DNA of 64,000 nucleotides from Escherichia phage ESCO5, in the sequence record NC_047776.2; one strand, 5' to 3'. Below the pieces are notes generated by a model. That model had not been told where the DNA came from. It saw nothing but the letters and a program-made list of their open reading frames with translations, and searched no databases. Shown here in pieces: positions 27,546 through 36,734 of this stretch; the first letter of the stretch is position 1, and every line of letters begins with the position of its first letter. The translations under genes were made by a program, and so were the position numbers.

Positions 27546-28238
27546 TTAAATAGCGGTTCCTTCGAAATCCGCCACATTTACGAGATTAATATTTTCAGAT
27601 TTAGAAGTCAAGTTGTTTTCTGCAACAGATTTTTCTTCAGTATCCGCCTCGTTACCTGCCACGTTACGAGGTTCTTCTTCACCGTAGGGATTACCGAATT
27701 TCAAAAGATTGATCAATTCTTCTTTGGAGAAGTTTTCTAAATCATCATCTGTTAATTCAATAATCTCGTCTTGTTCTTCAATAAATGTTTCACCACCAGA
27801 AAAAGCATCTCGCTTTTTAGCTACTTCCATAGCCTGTTCTGGTGTTGCCCCTGCATCAAGAGCAGCTAAAGCAAAGTCTGACCCGCTTCCTACCGCATAA
27901 TATTCTTCATCAATCGGATATGCACGTGTTGGGTTATTACCTTCGTGCAGGAAAATACGTCCGTCTGGATGAACAACAAGTGCAATAAACTCTTCATCTT
28001 CTTTATCTGGATCAGAGTGAATCATCAAACCAGGGACAGCATCACGTGCTGCTTCGCACTGTAGATTTTGTTCAAACCATTGAAAGAAAGAAAGCACGGA
28101 GGTCAGACGACCAGCACCACCTACAAGGTAATCTCCAATTTTTCGGACCTTTTTGAAATTAATAGAATCTACACGTCCACCAAAAGTTACCTTACCGTCA
28201 CTCAAAATCTTATTTTTGGTTGCAATAATTGTCGTCAC
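27546..28238 (-). CDS. HslV-like N-terminal-threonine peptidase with acidic C-terminal extension
   Basis: MTTIIATKN start, KKVRK, GGAG and GSG motifs aligning with bacterial HslV. Confidence 0.55.
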   Translation of the reverse strand: MTTIIATKNKILSDGKVTFGGRVDSINFKKVRKIGDYLVGGAGRLTSVLSFFQWFEQNLQCEAARDAVPGLMIHSDPDKEDEEFIALVVHPDGRIFLHEGNNPTRAYPIDEEYYAVGSGSDFALAALDAGATPEQAMEVAKKRDAFSGGETFIEEQDEIIELTDDDLENFSKEELINLLKFGNPYGEEEPRNVAGNEADTEEKSVAENNLTSKSENINLVNVADFEGTAI

Positions 28239-28741
28239 TATTCTTCCTCCTCTGTTAATGTTTTAAGAACCGCTTTCCCGCCATTCACATATTTGCAGAT
28301 GTATTCTATCGCACGTAGTGTCTCTTTGTCAACAAAAATTTGATCAGACGTTGCGAGCGGGTTATTAAGAAGATCACTACAATCACGAACAAGCAGTGCT
28401 TTCTTATTAAACAAATTACTTAAGAACAGTAACTTCGCCTCTTCTTCTGTTATGTGCAGAAGGCTAGGATCGGAGCCAGCTATTCCTATTATACAATCAA
28501 ACAAGCTTTCTTTACTATCAGAAAGTTCTTGAAAATGGTTTAAAAGCCAATCTTCTCCTAGACACCAACATTTAAACATTTCCAGTTTATCTCGGAGGGT
28601 CATATTCTCTAAAGTAAGAGCAATCTCTTTTTCAATATGGTTTACACAAATTTGACGAAATTCGTTAGGTTTTACGAGTCCCGTTTGATAGCACTCATCT
28701 ATACCGCTTCTTCCGATAGCTATTGTTGCTACACCCATCAA
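28238..28741 (-). CDS. Hypothetical protein
   Basis: 167-aa ORF. Confidence 0.45.
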   Translation of the reverse strand: MMGVATIAIGRSGIDECYQTGLVKPNEFRQICVNHIEKEIALTLENMTLRDKLEMFKCWCLGEDWLLNHFQELSDSKESLFDCIIGIAGSDPSLLHITEEEAKLLFLSNLFNKKALLVRDCSDLLNNPLATSDQIFVDKETLRAIEYICKYVNGGKAVLKTLTEEEE

Positions 28742-28773
28742 TCCTCCTTATAAATGGCTTCCCTGCCACATTA

Positions 28774-29532
28774 TTAAATAAACACTTCAGTAATCAGTTT
28801 AGACAAACGTCCACGTTTATTATCGTCCGTTGTCAGTTCAACGTATCCAATAAAATCTACAATTGGCTCACGAACACCTTCTTCATTTTCTGGATATAAA
28901 AGTTCCAAAATTTGATGCAGACCATTGCTACGTTTTTTAATTGCATATGTCTGGCGAACATCGCCTAATACAATAACATGCGTATTAATACCTGCACGTT
29001 CAATAAGAAGTTTAAGTGTTTCTGTTGACATAAGTTGTGCTTCGTCAATAATGACGATTGTATTATCCAGGGTAGCCCCCAACAAATAGTTAGGAATATT
29101 CAATTCGATCTTACCTGATCCAATATCGTTTTCCAATTTGTTGGCTGTCATGAATTGCTGGAAAATACGTTTTGTAGATTCATAGTGTGCTGCTAGTTTA
29201 TCTGTTTTATCCCCAGACAAGAAACCAATCTGGTCATCTCCGACTTCAGTAGGGTTCTTGATAAAAAGTAGTTTACGGAAGTCTCCTGAACGAAGCATCT
29301 GCAAAGCTTTCCATAAAGCAACAGAGGTTTTACCAGTCCCTGCCGGAGCATTTACAACAGTCAAATCATTCCAGATCATGCTTTGAACAATCTTATTTTG
29401 GTCCCCTTCAGGCATAAATTCATCTAAACGGTAATCGTCATTACCTACCGCTTTTGCTGCATAACGGCTTTCAATCTTTGCTGAATTAGCCAGTTTCTGC
29501 CGTTGTGTTTTAGCTGCGGTTTTATTTCCCAT
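28774..29532 (-). CDS. phoH: PhoH-like ATPase
   Basis: P-loop GTGKTS and DEAQ box; start taken at internal ATG 29532 after SD GGAGTG (track start 29583 would cover the intergenic hairpin). Confidence 0.8.
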   Translation of the reverse strand: MGNKTAAKTQRQKLANSAKIESRYAAKAVGNDDYRLDEFMPEGDQNKIVQSMIWNDLTVVNAPAGTGKTSVALWKALQMLRSGDFRKLLFIKNPTEVGDDQIGFLSGDKTDKLAAHYESTKRIFQQFMTANKLENDIGSGKIELNIPNYLLGATLDNTIVIIDEAQLMSTETLKLLIERAGINTHVIVLGDVRQTYAIKKRSNGLHQILELLYPENEEGVREPIVDFIGYVELTTDDNKRGRLSKLITEVFI

Positions 29533-29550
29533 AGTAGCACTCCTTTTAGA

Positions 29551-29564
29551 AGGGGCCGAAGCCC
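29551..29564 (-). terminator. GGGGC-UUCG-GCCCC hairpin between lysozyme and phoH
   Basis: Same hairpin as at 17495 and 36043. Confidence 0.45.
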
Positions 29565-29569
29565 CTTTA

Positions 29570-30070
29570 TTAGTTGTAAGCATCTAAAGTTCCAGAAGTC
29601 AGAACTTTAATTACTCGTTCAGCACGGTTTGGCGTCTGGCTATACCATCGGCTTTTACGCATGTTTTTACCTGCTTGAGTATAATATGCATTGCTGATTA
29701 AAGTCAAGCTATTTTGAAACCCTTCAGCACCTTTTAACCCCAACTGGAAAACCATGTTGATTATTCCCAATTTACGAGTATCACTTACCTTATCATAGAT
29801 TGGTGATAAGATAGCACTGTTTTTTATGTCTCTCTTCACTTTTGCAACATCGTCAGCAAAGATTTGACGGGCTTCTTTTTCTGTGATAACTCCATTAGTC
29901 TTACGACCAAGAAGATTATCTAAGATTTGAATAGCCTTTGCTTTATCTTTTATTTTAGTCAGAAGGTGTCCTATGCCGACTGTCCAATAACCAAGATGGT
30001 CTTGATAAACAGTAAGCTTCAGTCCTTCATCGACTCGTAGCATATCAAACTCATCTACTACTTTAGCCAT
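29570..30070 (-). CDS. T4-type lysozyme (muramidase, likely endolysin)
   Basis: MLRVDEGLKL..Y.D..GYWTVGIGHLLT and NMVFQLG, SRWY.QTPNRA motifs matching T4 lysozyme. Confidence 0.85.
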   Translation of the reverse strand: MAKVVDEFDMLRVDEGLKLTVYQDHLGYWTVGIGHLLTKIKDKAKAIQILDNLLGRKTNGVITEKEARQIFADDVAKVKRDIKNSAILSPIYDKVSDTRKLGIINMVFQLGLKGAEGFQNSLTLISNAYYTQAGKNMRKSRWYSQTPNRAERVIKVLTSGTLDAYN

Positions 30071-30077
30071 TTACTTC

Positions 30078-30227
30078 CTATTCGTCGTCTCCTACTCCGT
30101 GATCCAACTCGTTAAACAACAGATGTTCTGGAGAAGTTTCACGTTTTGGTTTCGTTTTCTTTATGTTGGACTTCAGCTCATTTGCCAAAGCACGAGAAAA
30201 GATCTTACGTTTCTGTTTACTTTTCAT
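30078..30227 (-). CDS. Small basic protein (49 aa)
   Basis: ORF below the track cutoff; SD GGAG; Lys/Arg-rich. Confidence 0.35.
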   Translation of the reverse strand: MKSKQKRKIFSRALANELKSNIKKTKPKRETSPEHLLFNELDHGVGDDE

Positions 30228-30232
30228 AATTG

Positions 30233-30493
30233 TTACTCCGCAATTTGAGCCATGAGATCACGCAGTTCGGTAAAACCGCCTACGTATGTTACCTCCCCGT
30301 TCACTTCAGACAGAATTTGTGGAAATGTGCGTGGAGGAACTCCGGTAAGATCAACAACTGTTTTAGTCATTGATTCTAAATCATAGTCTTGGCCAAGACT
30401 TAAATATTCAAACTGTTTATTGCGCATAGTCAATAGTTGTTTTGACATTTCACAAAATTGACAGTTAGGTTTACCAAAAATTACAAATTCCAT
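30233..30493 (-). CDS. Glutaredoxin (T4 NrdC-like)
   Basis: CQFC active site and C-terminal TFPQI...GGFTELRDL resembling T4 glutaredoxin. Confidence 0.75.
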   Translation of the reverse strand: MEFVIFGKPNCQFCEMSKQLLTMRNKQFEYLSLGQDYDLESMTKTVVDLTGVPPRTFPQILSEVNGEVTYVGGFTELRDLMAQIAE

Positions 30494-31335
30494 TACCTCT
30501 CCTTATTAAGTAATACTGCTAAAGACTGTTCAATACCTTTATTTAAATCTGATTTTGTAAGATAGTGACTGGTTACTAGTTGTGACTTCACCGGACGTGC
30601 TGCTGGAGCATTATAGGTTGAAGCTGATACCGCCGATATCTTAACAGGTTCTGGCATCTGTGTCAAGATCTTTTCCGCAAACTCCGCCCAAGAAATAAGA
30701 TGGCTTCCTGCAAAATGGTAAGTCTTAACAGACCTTGACCAACCTGTTTTTAATACTTCAAAAATAGCTTCTGCTAAATCTGGAGCATATGTTGGACAAG
30801 AGAACTGATCAGCAACAATAATAAAATCACGTTGTCCATCATTATAGCGAGACAACATAGTTTTTAGAAAGTTATTTCCAAATTCGCTATATACCGAGGC
30901 TGTTCGAATAATATATGCATTTGGGTTAACTCCTCGCACCATTTTTTCACCAAGTTTTTTCGTATACCCATAATTGTTTATTGGGTTAGGTGCAGTATCT
31001 TCAAAAATAGGATGAGAATAATTAAAAATATAGTCTGTAGAAATATGCACAAAATCAATTTTAAGTTTGCTGCACACTGCCGCAATATTTGCAGGTCCAT
31101 ATGCATTAACAGCCAAAGCAGTAGCAAAATCATGTTCTGCTTTATCTACAGCCGTATAAGCGGCGCAATTAATAACACCATCTACATAATCTTCAACAAT
31201 AGCGTTTCGCACAGCTTCAAAATTTGTAATATCTACACGTTCTTTAGGATAAATTAAAGATACATTTGAAGGAACCACTTTACGTAAAGCTTGTCCCAGT
31301 TGTCCATTACCACCCAATACCAGATATGTTAGCAT
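30493..31335 (-). CDS. rmlD: dTDP-4-dehydrorhamnose reductase
   Basis: NCAAYTAVDKAE, STDYIF, YGYTK and DQF.CPTYA motifs characteristic of RmlD. Confidence 0.85.
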   Translation of the reverse strand: MLTYLVLGGNGQLGQALRKVVPSNVSLIYPKERVDITNFEAVRNAIVEDYVDGVINCAAYTAVDKAEHDFATALAVNAYGPANIAAVCSKLKIDFVHISTDYIFNYSHPIFEDTAPNPINNYGYTKKLGEKMVRGVNPNAYIIRTASVYSEFGNNFLKTMLSRYNDGQRDFIIVADQFSCPTYAPDLAEAIFEVLKTGWSRSVKTYHFAGSHLISWAEFAEKILTQMPEPVKISAVSASTYNAPAARPVKSQLVTSHYLTKSDLNKGIEQSLAVLLNKER

Positions 31336-31895
31336 ACACCCTCGCTACGTAACTGTTGAAAAGATTTAGCCATTGCATCTTTTGTTGATAAAATAGGTTT
31401 AAAACCTTCGTCAAAAATCATATCGAAGCCCCAATCGATACCTATGTCAGGATCATCCCAACGTAAACTTTGTTCACTAGAAGGGTCGTATGGAGTTGTG
31501 CATTTGTATTCAAAGATCGCATCCATACTCAAAACTATAAAACCATGTGCCAAACCAGGAGGAAGCCAAAACTGCGTATGGTGTCGTGCACGAAGAACAA
31601 CACCGTCCCAAGCACCGTAAGTTGGACTATCTTTACGTAAATCTACAGCGAAATCCAATACTTCTCCACTTACACAACGAACAAGCTTACCTTGCGGATT
31701 ATTTGTTTGAAAGTGCATTCCTCGCAAAACACCGAAGTTTGATTTAGACATATTATCTTGAACGAAAGTTTGCTTACCAATGATATCTTCGTATTTTTGT
31801 TCATTGTATGTTTCTAAAAAGAAACCACGGTCGTCTTTATAAACGTCTGGTTTGATAATTACCGCACCTTCAATTTTTGTTTTTTCTACTTTCAT
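31329..31895 (-). CDS. rmlC: dTDP-4-dehydrorhamnose 3,5-epimerase
   Basis: DDRGFF, FVQDN.S and GVLRGMHFQ motifs of RmlC; start at ATG 31895 (4-nt overlap with rmlA stop) rather than the longer track ORF. Confidence 0.85.
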   Translation of the reverse strand: MKVEKTKIEGAVIIKPDVYKDDRGFFLETYNEQKYEDIIGKQTFVQDNMSKSNFGVLRGMHFQTNNPQGKLVRCVSGEVLDFAVDLRKDSPTYGAWDGVVLRARHHTQFWLPPGLAHGFIVLSMDAIFEYKCTTPYDPSSEQSLRWDDPDIGIDWGFDMIFDEGFKPILSTKDAMAKSFQQLRSEGVC

Positions 31896-32770
31896 TTTCC
31901 CTCCGCTAATTTGAGTAGGTATTGCCCGTACTCTGTTTTCTTCAGTGAGTTTCCATGGTAGACCAAAGTCTCTAAAGAAATCCACCCTTTTTTGAAAGCA
32001 ATTTCTTCCAGGCACGCAATCTTCAATCCTTGACAGTTCTCAATAGTCTGCACGAATTGACCAGCTTCCATCAGACTGGCGTGTGTTCCTGTGTCAAGCC
32101 AAGTAAATCCTCGTCCGAGAACTTCCACTTGTAACTTCCTGTCTTCGAGGTAGCTGCGATTGATATCAGTGATCTCCAGTTCTCCACGCGCGGAAGGGGT
32201 TACTTCTAATGCACGTTGAATAACAGAGTTATCATAGAAATACAAACCTGTGACAGCATAATCTGATTTAGGATTTTCAGGTTTCTCTTCAATAGAAATA
32301 ACTTGACGATTACTCCCAAATTCAACCACACCGAATCGTTCAGGATCTTTCACCAAACACCCGAAGATACAAGCTCCGCCCCAAACATCTACCATCTCAC
32401 TAGCGTCAATCAGTAGTTTACCAAAGCTTTGTCCGAAGAATAGGTTGTCACCTAAAATAAGAGCAACAGAGTCTTCTCCGATAAAATCTTTACCGATGAT
32501 GAAAGCGTCCGCAAGACCTCGTGGCTTGGATTGGATTGCGTAAGTGAGTTTTATCCCAAACATAGACCCATCTCCAAGAAGATACTCAAAGTCTTCCTGA
32601 TCGCCTGGTGTGGTGATGATTAAGATATCCTTAATGTCAGCCAACATCAATACCGATAAAGGGTAGTAGATCATGGGTTTGTCATACACAGGGAGCAATT
32701 GCTTGCTCACACTGCGTGTTACCGGATGAAGGCGGGTTCCACTTCCTCCCGCCAAAATAATACCTTTCAT
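31892..32770 (-). CDS. rmlA: Glucose-1-phosphate thymidylyltransferase
   Basis: [19 protein letters not shown]-terminus and overall RmlA pattern. Confidence 0.9.
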   Translation of the reverse strand: MKGIILAGGSGTRLHPVTRSVSKQLLPVYDKPMIYYPLSVLMLADIKDILIITTPGDQEDFEYLLGDGSMFGIKLTYAIQSKPRGLADAFIIGKDFIGEDSVALILGDNLFFGQSFGKLLIDASEMVDVWGGACIFGCLVKDPERFGVVEFGSNRQVISIEEKPENPKSDYAVTGLYFYDNSVIQRALEVTPSARGELEITDINRSYLEDRKLQVEVLGRGFTWLDTGTHASLMEAGQFVQTIENCQGLKIACLEEIAFKKGWISLETLVYHGNSLKKTEYGQYLLKLAEGK

Positions 32771-32778
32771 AACCCTCC

Positions 32779-33771
32779 TTAAATCTTCTCACTCCACCAT
32801 TGAGGGTTGTTTAAGTACCATTCAATCGTTGAGTAGAGATCTTGTTCAAATGTAGAGTTTGCACTCCAACCCAGTTCAGACTCTATTTTAGAAGGATTGA
32901 TTTCATAACGCAAGTCATGTCCTTTACGATCTTCAACAAAAGTTATCAAGTTGGAAGAAGGGTAGGTTCCTGCTTCTGGATGTACAGCATCTATGTAGTC
33001 ACAAACCATATAGATGATCTCCATATTGGTTTTGGGATTACGTGTTCCAACATTATACGTTTGACCTGGTTCTCCACCTGTTGCCACTTGAAGAATAGCT
33101 CGCGCATGATCCTCAACAAAAAGCCAGTCTCGCACCTGATCGCCTTTACCATACACCGGAATCTCTTTATTCGTCAAGATACTTGTGATGATTTTTGGGA
33201 TCAGCTTTTCTGGATGTTGATAAGGTCCAAAGTTATTGGAGCAGTTGGTTATCACAACAGGTAAACCGTAGGTACGGTACCAAGCTTTCACAAGATGGTC
33301 AGATGCTGCCTTAGACGCACTGTACGGGCTTGAAGGGGCATAAGCTGTCTCTTCGGTAAAGGGAACGCCAGAGTCTGCCATATCGCCGTACACTTCGTCT
33401 GTGGAGACATGTACGAACATCTTAAGTTTATTTTTTGGGAGGAGCCTTGCAGCTTCCAATAAATTGTATGTACCAATAATATTGGAGTCGATGAAAACTC
33501 GTGGATTCTTGATAGAATTATCCACATGACTCTCTGCCGCTAAGTGAATGATGAAATCGGGATTGCACTCTACTACTAAACTTTTGACCTGGGTTTCGTT
33601 TGCCAAATCTGTTATGCTCAGTTTAACGTGAGTGATATCGCCTACATTCTCAATATCTGCTGCATAGCCCATCTTATCAACGACAAAAACTTCGTTATTG
33701 GGATCTTGACAAAGAGAGCGCACCACGGCACTCCCAATAAAACCAAGACCACCTGTTACCAGATAGCGCAT
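32779..33771 (-). CDS. rmlB: dTDP-glucose 4,6-dehydratase
   Basis: [11 protein letters not shown]-binding motif, YSASKA catalytic motif, size 330 aa. Confidence 0.9.
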   Translation of the reverse strand: MRYLVTGGLGFIGSAVVRSLCQDPNNEVFVVDKMGYAADIENVGDITHVKLSITDLANETQVKSLVVECNPDFIIHLAAESHVDNSIKNPRVFIDSNIIGTYNLLEAARLLPKNKLKMFVHVSTDEVYGDMADSGVPFTEETAYAPSSPYSASKAASDHLVKAWYRTYGLPVVITNCSNNFGPYQHPEKLIPKIITSILTNKEIPVYGKGDQVRDWLFVEDHARAILQVATGGEPGQTYNVGTRNPKTNMEIIYMVCDYIDAVHPEAGTYPSSNLITFVEDRKGHDLRYEINPSKIESELGWSANSTFEQDLYSTIEWYLNNPQWWSEKI

Positions 33772-33780
33772 CAGTTCTCC

Positions 33781-34107
33781 TTACCAGACATGTTGAGAAA
33801 TAATAGTTTCCGTTTTAATGTTATATTTTTCAAGTAGCTTTGCATAGGCTTCTTTTGCATTCTCATTCAATTGCTCAAGATCTACAGCTATGCTTCCTTC
33901 TCCTCCTTCTAAATCAAGGCCATATATGCAATAAGACTCATCCGCATCGTAGAAAGGAGAGATGCGGCTTAAGTCAAGACCTTCTTGTAAGAACCAGTTA
34001 AAATCTCCGTCAAATTCTTCTTCAATTCTAGGATCTTCTCCTACAGCCTCTTCCCACTTATTTAAAGGTGCACCCTGTAACATACGCCATTCGATATCAA
34101 TACCCAT
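33781..34107 (-). CDS. Hypothetical acidic protein
   Basis: 108-aa ORF. Confidence 0.45.
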   Translation of the reverse strand: MGIDIEWRMLQGAPLNKWEEAVGEDPRIEEEFDGDFNWFLQEGLDLSRISPFYDADESYCIYGLDLEGGEGSIAVDLEQLNENAKEAYAKLLEKYNIKTETIISQHVW

Positions 34108-34261
34108 TTTTCATCTCCTCCTCTTCTTGAGCAGCTTTAATAATTGCTTCATAAATATCGTAAGCAATGCCTCCACAACATCTAGCTTCGAAAGCTATTG
34201 CTTCTGCAATGTGATCTGTTAATTCTCGTGGAATGCGGACATACTCTTTTTCACTCGCCAT
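34097..34261 (-). CDS. Small protein (54 aa)
   Basis: ORF below the track cutoff; SD GGAGG. Confidence 0.35.
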   Translation of the reverse strand: MASEKEYVRIPRELTDHIAEAIAFEARCCGGIAYDIYEAIIKAAQEEEEMKNGY

Positions 34262-34403
34262 CTTCTACCTCCAACCCTTCTTTTTCAAAGACTACTACTC
34301 GTCCCTCACCATGACAATTCAGGCAAGGAAATGTTACCATAATTTCCACTTCCATCTGTCCAGTCCCACCGCACACAGGACAAAAAATAAGTTTTTCAGC
34401 CAT
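34251..34403 (-). CDS. Small zinc-ribbon protein (50 aa)
   Basis: ORF below the track cutoff; CPVCGG...CLNCHG. Confidence 0.35.
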   Translation of the reverse strand: MAEKLIFCPVCGGTGQMEVEIMVTFPCLNCHGEGRVVVFEKEGLEVEDGE

Positions 34404-34612
34404 TATTCCTCCTTAATTATTTCAAACTTGGCAACACCATTTACAATAATATGACCACAAGACATAACTCCTAGCCAAGGATCGCCGTTTTTCTTCAGGC
34501 GTTTACCGAATACATCACAAAAACCATTCTTCATTTCAGAGGCTTCATAAGAAGCCCCTTTATCAAAAACGTCTTTGAATGTGTCGATTATACCAACACA
34601 TTTCAAAATCAT
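34403..34612 (-). CDS. Hypothetical protein
   Basis: 69-aa ORF. Confidence 0.4.
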   Translation of the reverse strand: MILKCVGIIDTFKDVFDKGASYEASEMKNGFCDVFGKRLKKNGDPWLGVMSCGHIIVNGVAKFEIIKEE

Positions 34613-35697
34613 TCGAAGTCAAGCTCCTCATCATCAGAGAGATCTTTGTTAGCTGAATTCAATTTGTAGTTAGTTAACTGAATCTCTTGGGCTGCTGACT
34701 GAATCAAATCAGGATTCAACCATTTTTCCATCCAAGCTAAAGGGCTATGTTTAGGTGCTTTAAACTTGGCTTTCATTTTCAATCGACGATAAATAGGAGC
34801 AGCATTGAAATAAACCCACTGTTTAGACAATTCGGCGTTAAGACCTACAATAAAACGACCTTCACTAAACAGGTAGTCACACCACTGTTCCTCTTGTTCA
34901 ACAACAGTGTCGAGGATCAAAGTCAACTCTTCAATATTGTCTTCGTAAATTTTACGCCAAATTGGGTCATGCATCAATGCATCAATTACAGCATAATCCA
35001 TCTTAACATGCAAGATTTCATCTAGCATAATTTTCTGGATCAGTTTACAAGCTCCAACAAACAGTTGTTGTTCTGCCATAGCAAAAGTAGCAGAGAAGGA
35101 AGATATAAACTGAATACCTTCTAACCCAATCAGGGCTACCATCCCTTTAAGAATCAGCAGTCGAAGTTCATCGTTAGCTTCAATCAATCCTAGAGCATAC
35201 TTATGACCAGCTTCTTCCAACTGACCCATGATATCAGCAATGATACCCATACGATTGAAAATTTTATCATTAATCATAATCTGATTGATGACTTCAATTG
35301 GATCTGGAGTACATTGACGGATTATTTCAGAATACGTTAACGCATGGAGAACTTCCATTTCACTCTGCTTCATCATCATAGCACAGGCTTCATTGTTACT
35401 CAAGAATGGAGAGAACAAAGTGATGATTGATTTTGCAAGAGAATCATTTTCCCATTGGAACGATAAGTTTTTAATCATAACATCATAGTTGTTTTTAGAA
35501 CAAGCTACGAAATCTTTACGTGTCTGATCCAAGTTAACTTCGTTTTCATCCCAATCTTGTGCTTTTTGAAGTTTGTAGAGTTTGTGCATTTCTGGATAAG
35601 TCACGTTAACAGAATCAAAGATCCCTAATTGCTCCCCCAAAAATACTGGATATTTCCCTGTCTTGTAAACTTCGTTGTGTAAATTAATTGCTGCCAT
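34609..35697 (-). CDS. nrdB: Ribonucleotide reductase class Ia beta subunit
   Basis: Di-iron ligand pattern (E..H in EMEVLHALTYSE) and typical size 362 aa. Confidence 0.9.
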   Translation of the reverse strand: MAAINLHNEVYKTGKYPVFLGEQLGIFDSVNVTYPEMHKLYKLQKAQDWDENEVNLDQTRKDFVACSKNNYDVMIKNLSFQWENDSLAKSIITLFSPFLSNNEACAMMMKQSEMEVLHALTYSEIIRQCTPDPIEVINQIMINDKIFNRMGIIADIMGQLEEAGHKYALGLIEANDELRLLILKGMVALIGLEGIQFISSFSATFAMAEQQLFVGACKLIQKIMLDEILHVKMDYAVIDALMHDPIWRKIYEDNIEELTLILDTVVEQEEQWCDYLFSEGRFIVGLNAELSKQWVYFNAAPIYRRLKMKAKFKAPKHSPLAWMEKWLNPDLIQSAAQEIQLTNYKLNSANKDLSDDEELDFE

Positions 35698-36022
35698 TTA
35701 AATCCTCCACTATTTCACAAAAACCTTTTAAGTTTAAAATATCTTGTTCCTCAACACCATTAATCCGGTAGAAACCTTCTAAGGCTTGCCATACGCTTCT
35801 ACCAAGTATAACAGTCACTGTTTCTTCACTTCTTGCTCTTGTTATTGCGTAAGCCGTAGCTTCTGGATAAAAAGATTCCCAAATCTGGATATTAGCTATT
35901 TGAAGTCCGCCAAGATAATGGTGACACCAAACAGGGGTAAAATCTTCAGGGGGAATCAACAAAGGCTTAAACCCAGGACGGTAGATTGGGGTTACTCCAG
36001 GTAAAACTATAAGTGTGCTCAT
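35684..36022 (-). CDS. Hypothetical protein
   Basis: 112-aa ORF. Confidence 0.45.
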   Translation of the reverse strand: MSTLIVLPGVTPIYRPGFKPLLIPPEDFTPVWCHHYLGGLQIANIQIWESFYPEATAYAITRARSEETVTVILGRSVWQALEGFYRINGVEEQDILNLKGFCEIVEDLNGSN

Positions 36023-36030
36023 AATCTCTC

Positions 36031-36056
36031 CTCAATAAAAAAGGGGCCGAAGCCCC
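36031..36056 (-). terminator. Rho-independent terminator (GGGGC-UUCG-GCCCC followed by U6 on the minus strand)
   Basis: Hairpin at 36043-36056 with the A6 run on the plus strand immediately upstream. Confidence 0.65.
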
Positions 36057-36063
36057 TGTATTG

Positions 36064-36723
36064 TTAGCCTCGGAATACTGTTTTTGTTTCTGCCAGATTG
36101 TAATAGAAATCCGACTTGTTTACAAGTGTTTTGTAAACATCCTTACAAAAATGATCTTCCTGTTTGTAACGTTCCGCTGTCTCTTTGATGGACTTGGCTT
36201 TATCCTTAAGCCAAGCAAAATGTGCTTCTTCTTCTGTTGCAAAGTATCCTAAATGTTTGCTCTTGCTACCAGAAGCTTTGGCATAAATTTTACCATCTCC
36301 TTTCCTGACGTGCGCTCCCAGTAAATACTTCCTTTCTGTTCTCTTTGAGAAACTCAAAAGGGTATTCACATACGGAGGAACAAATCTACAATATTCAGGG
36401 CAGTATACAGTATTACCTTCCAGAACAAGGTCTTTGTCTAAAACAAAACCTTCGACATTATGTTCTTGATACCAGGTATCAAAATTTGAGAAAGTAAACC
36501 AAGAATCACACACAGTAGTAAACTCATAACCAGGACGTGTGTCCTTCATTTTATAAGCCCTATCAAACATGTTCCTCCACGCTGCATAAGAAGGATCTAT
36601 GAAAGTGTTTACTCTCTTCCCATTAATGGTTCCCCCTTCCCACAGTCTACGATCTACGTCCACAATCAAGGGGATTTCTCCCCTCTCTGTGAGAACGGTA
36701 ACTTTACGTTTACCCTTCTTCAT
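36064..36723 (-). CDS. Homing-endonuclease-like protein with AP2-type DNA-binding domain (paralog of 53002-53607)
   Basis: C-terminal HLGYFATEEEAHFAW AP2-like motif; W..M..R, CD.W..FSNF and LDKD motifs shared with the ORF at 53002. Confidence 0.55.
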   Translation of the reverse strand: MKKGKRKVTVLTERGEIPLIVDVDRRLWEGGTINGKRVNTFIDPSYAAWRNMFDRAYKMKDTRPGYEFTTVCDSWFTFSNFDTWYQEHNVEGFVLDKDLVLEGNTVYCPEYCRFVPPYVNTLLSFSKRTERKYLLGAHVRKGDGKIYAKASGSKSKHLGYFATEEEAHFAWLKDKAKSIKETAERYKQEDHFCKDVYKTLVNKSDFYYNLAETKTVFRG

Positions 36724-36734
36724 CTGTTCTCCTA

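Noticed and set aside
28774-29583. Long version of phoH starting at 29583
   Set aside because: It would read through the intergenic GGGGC-CGAA-GCCCC hairpin; the internal ATG at 29532 has a proper Shine-Dalgarno sequence.
31329-32015. Long 228-aa version of the rmlC ORF
   Set aside because: The first 40 codons overlap the 3' end of rmlA; the RmlC homology begins at the internal ATG at 31895, which gives the usual ATGA coupling.
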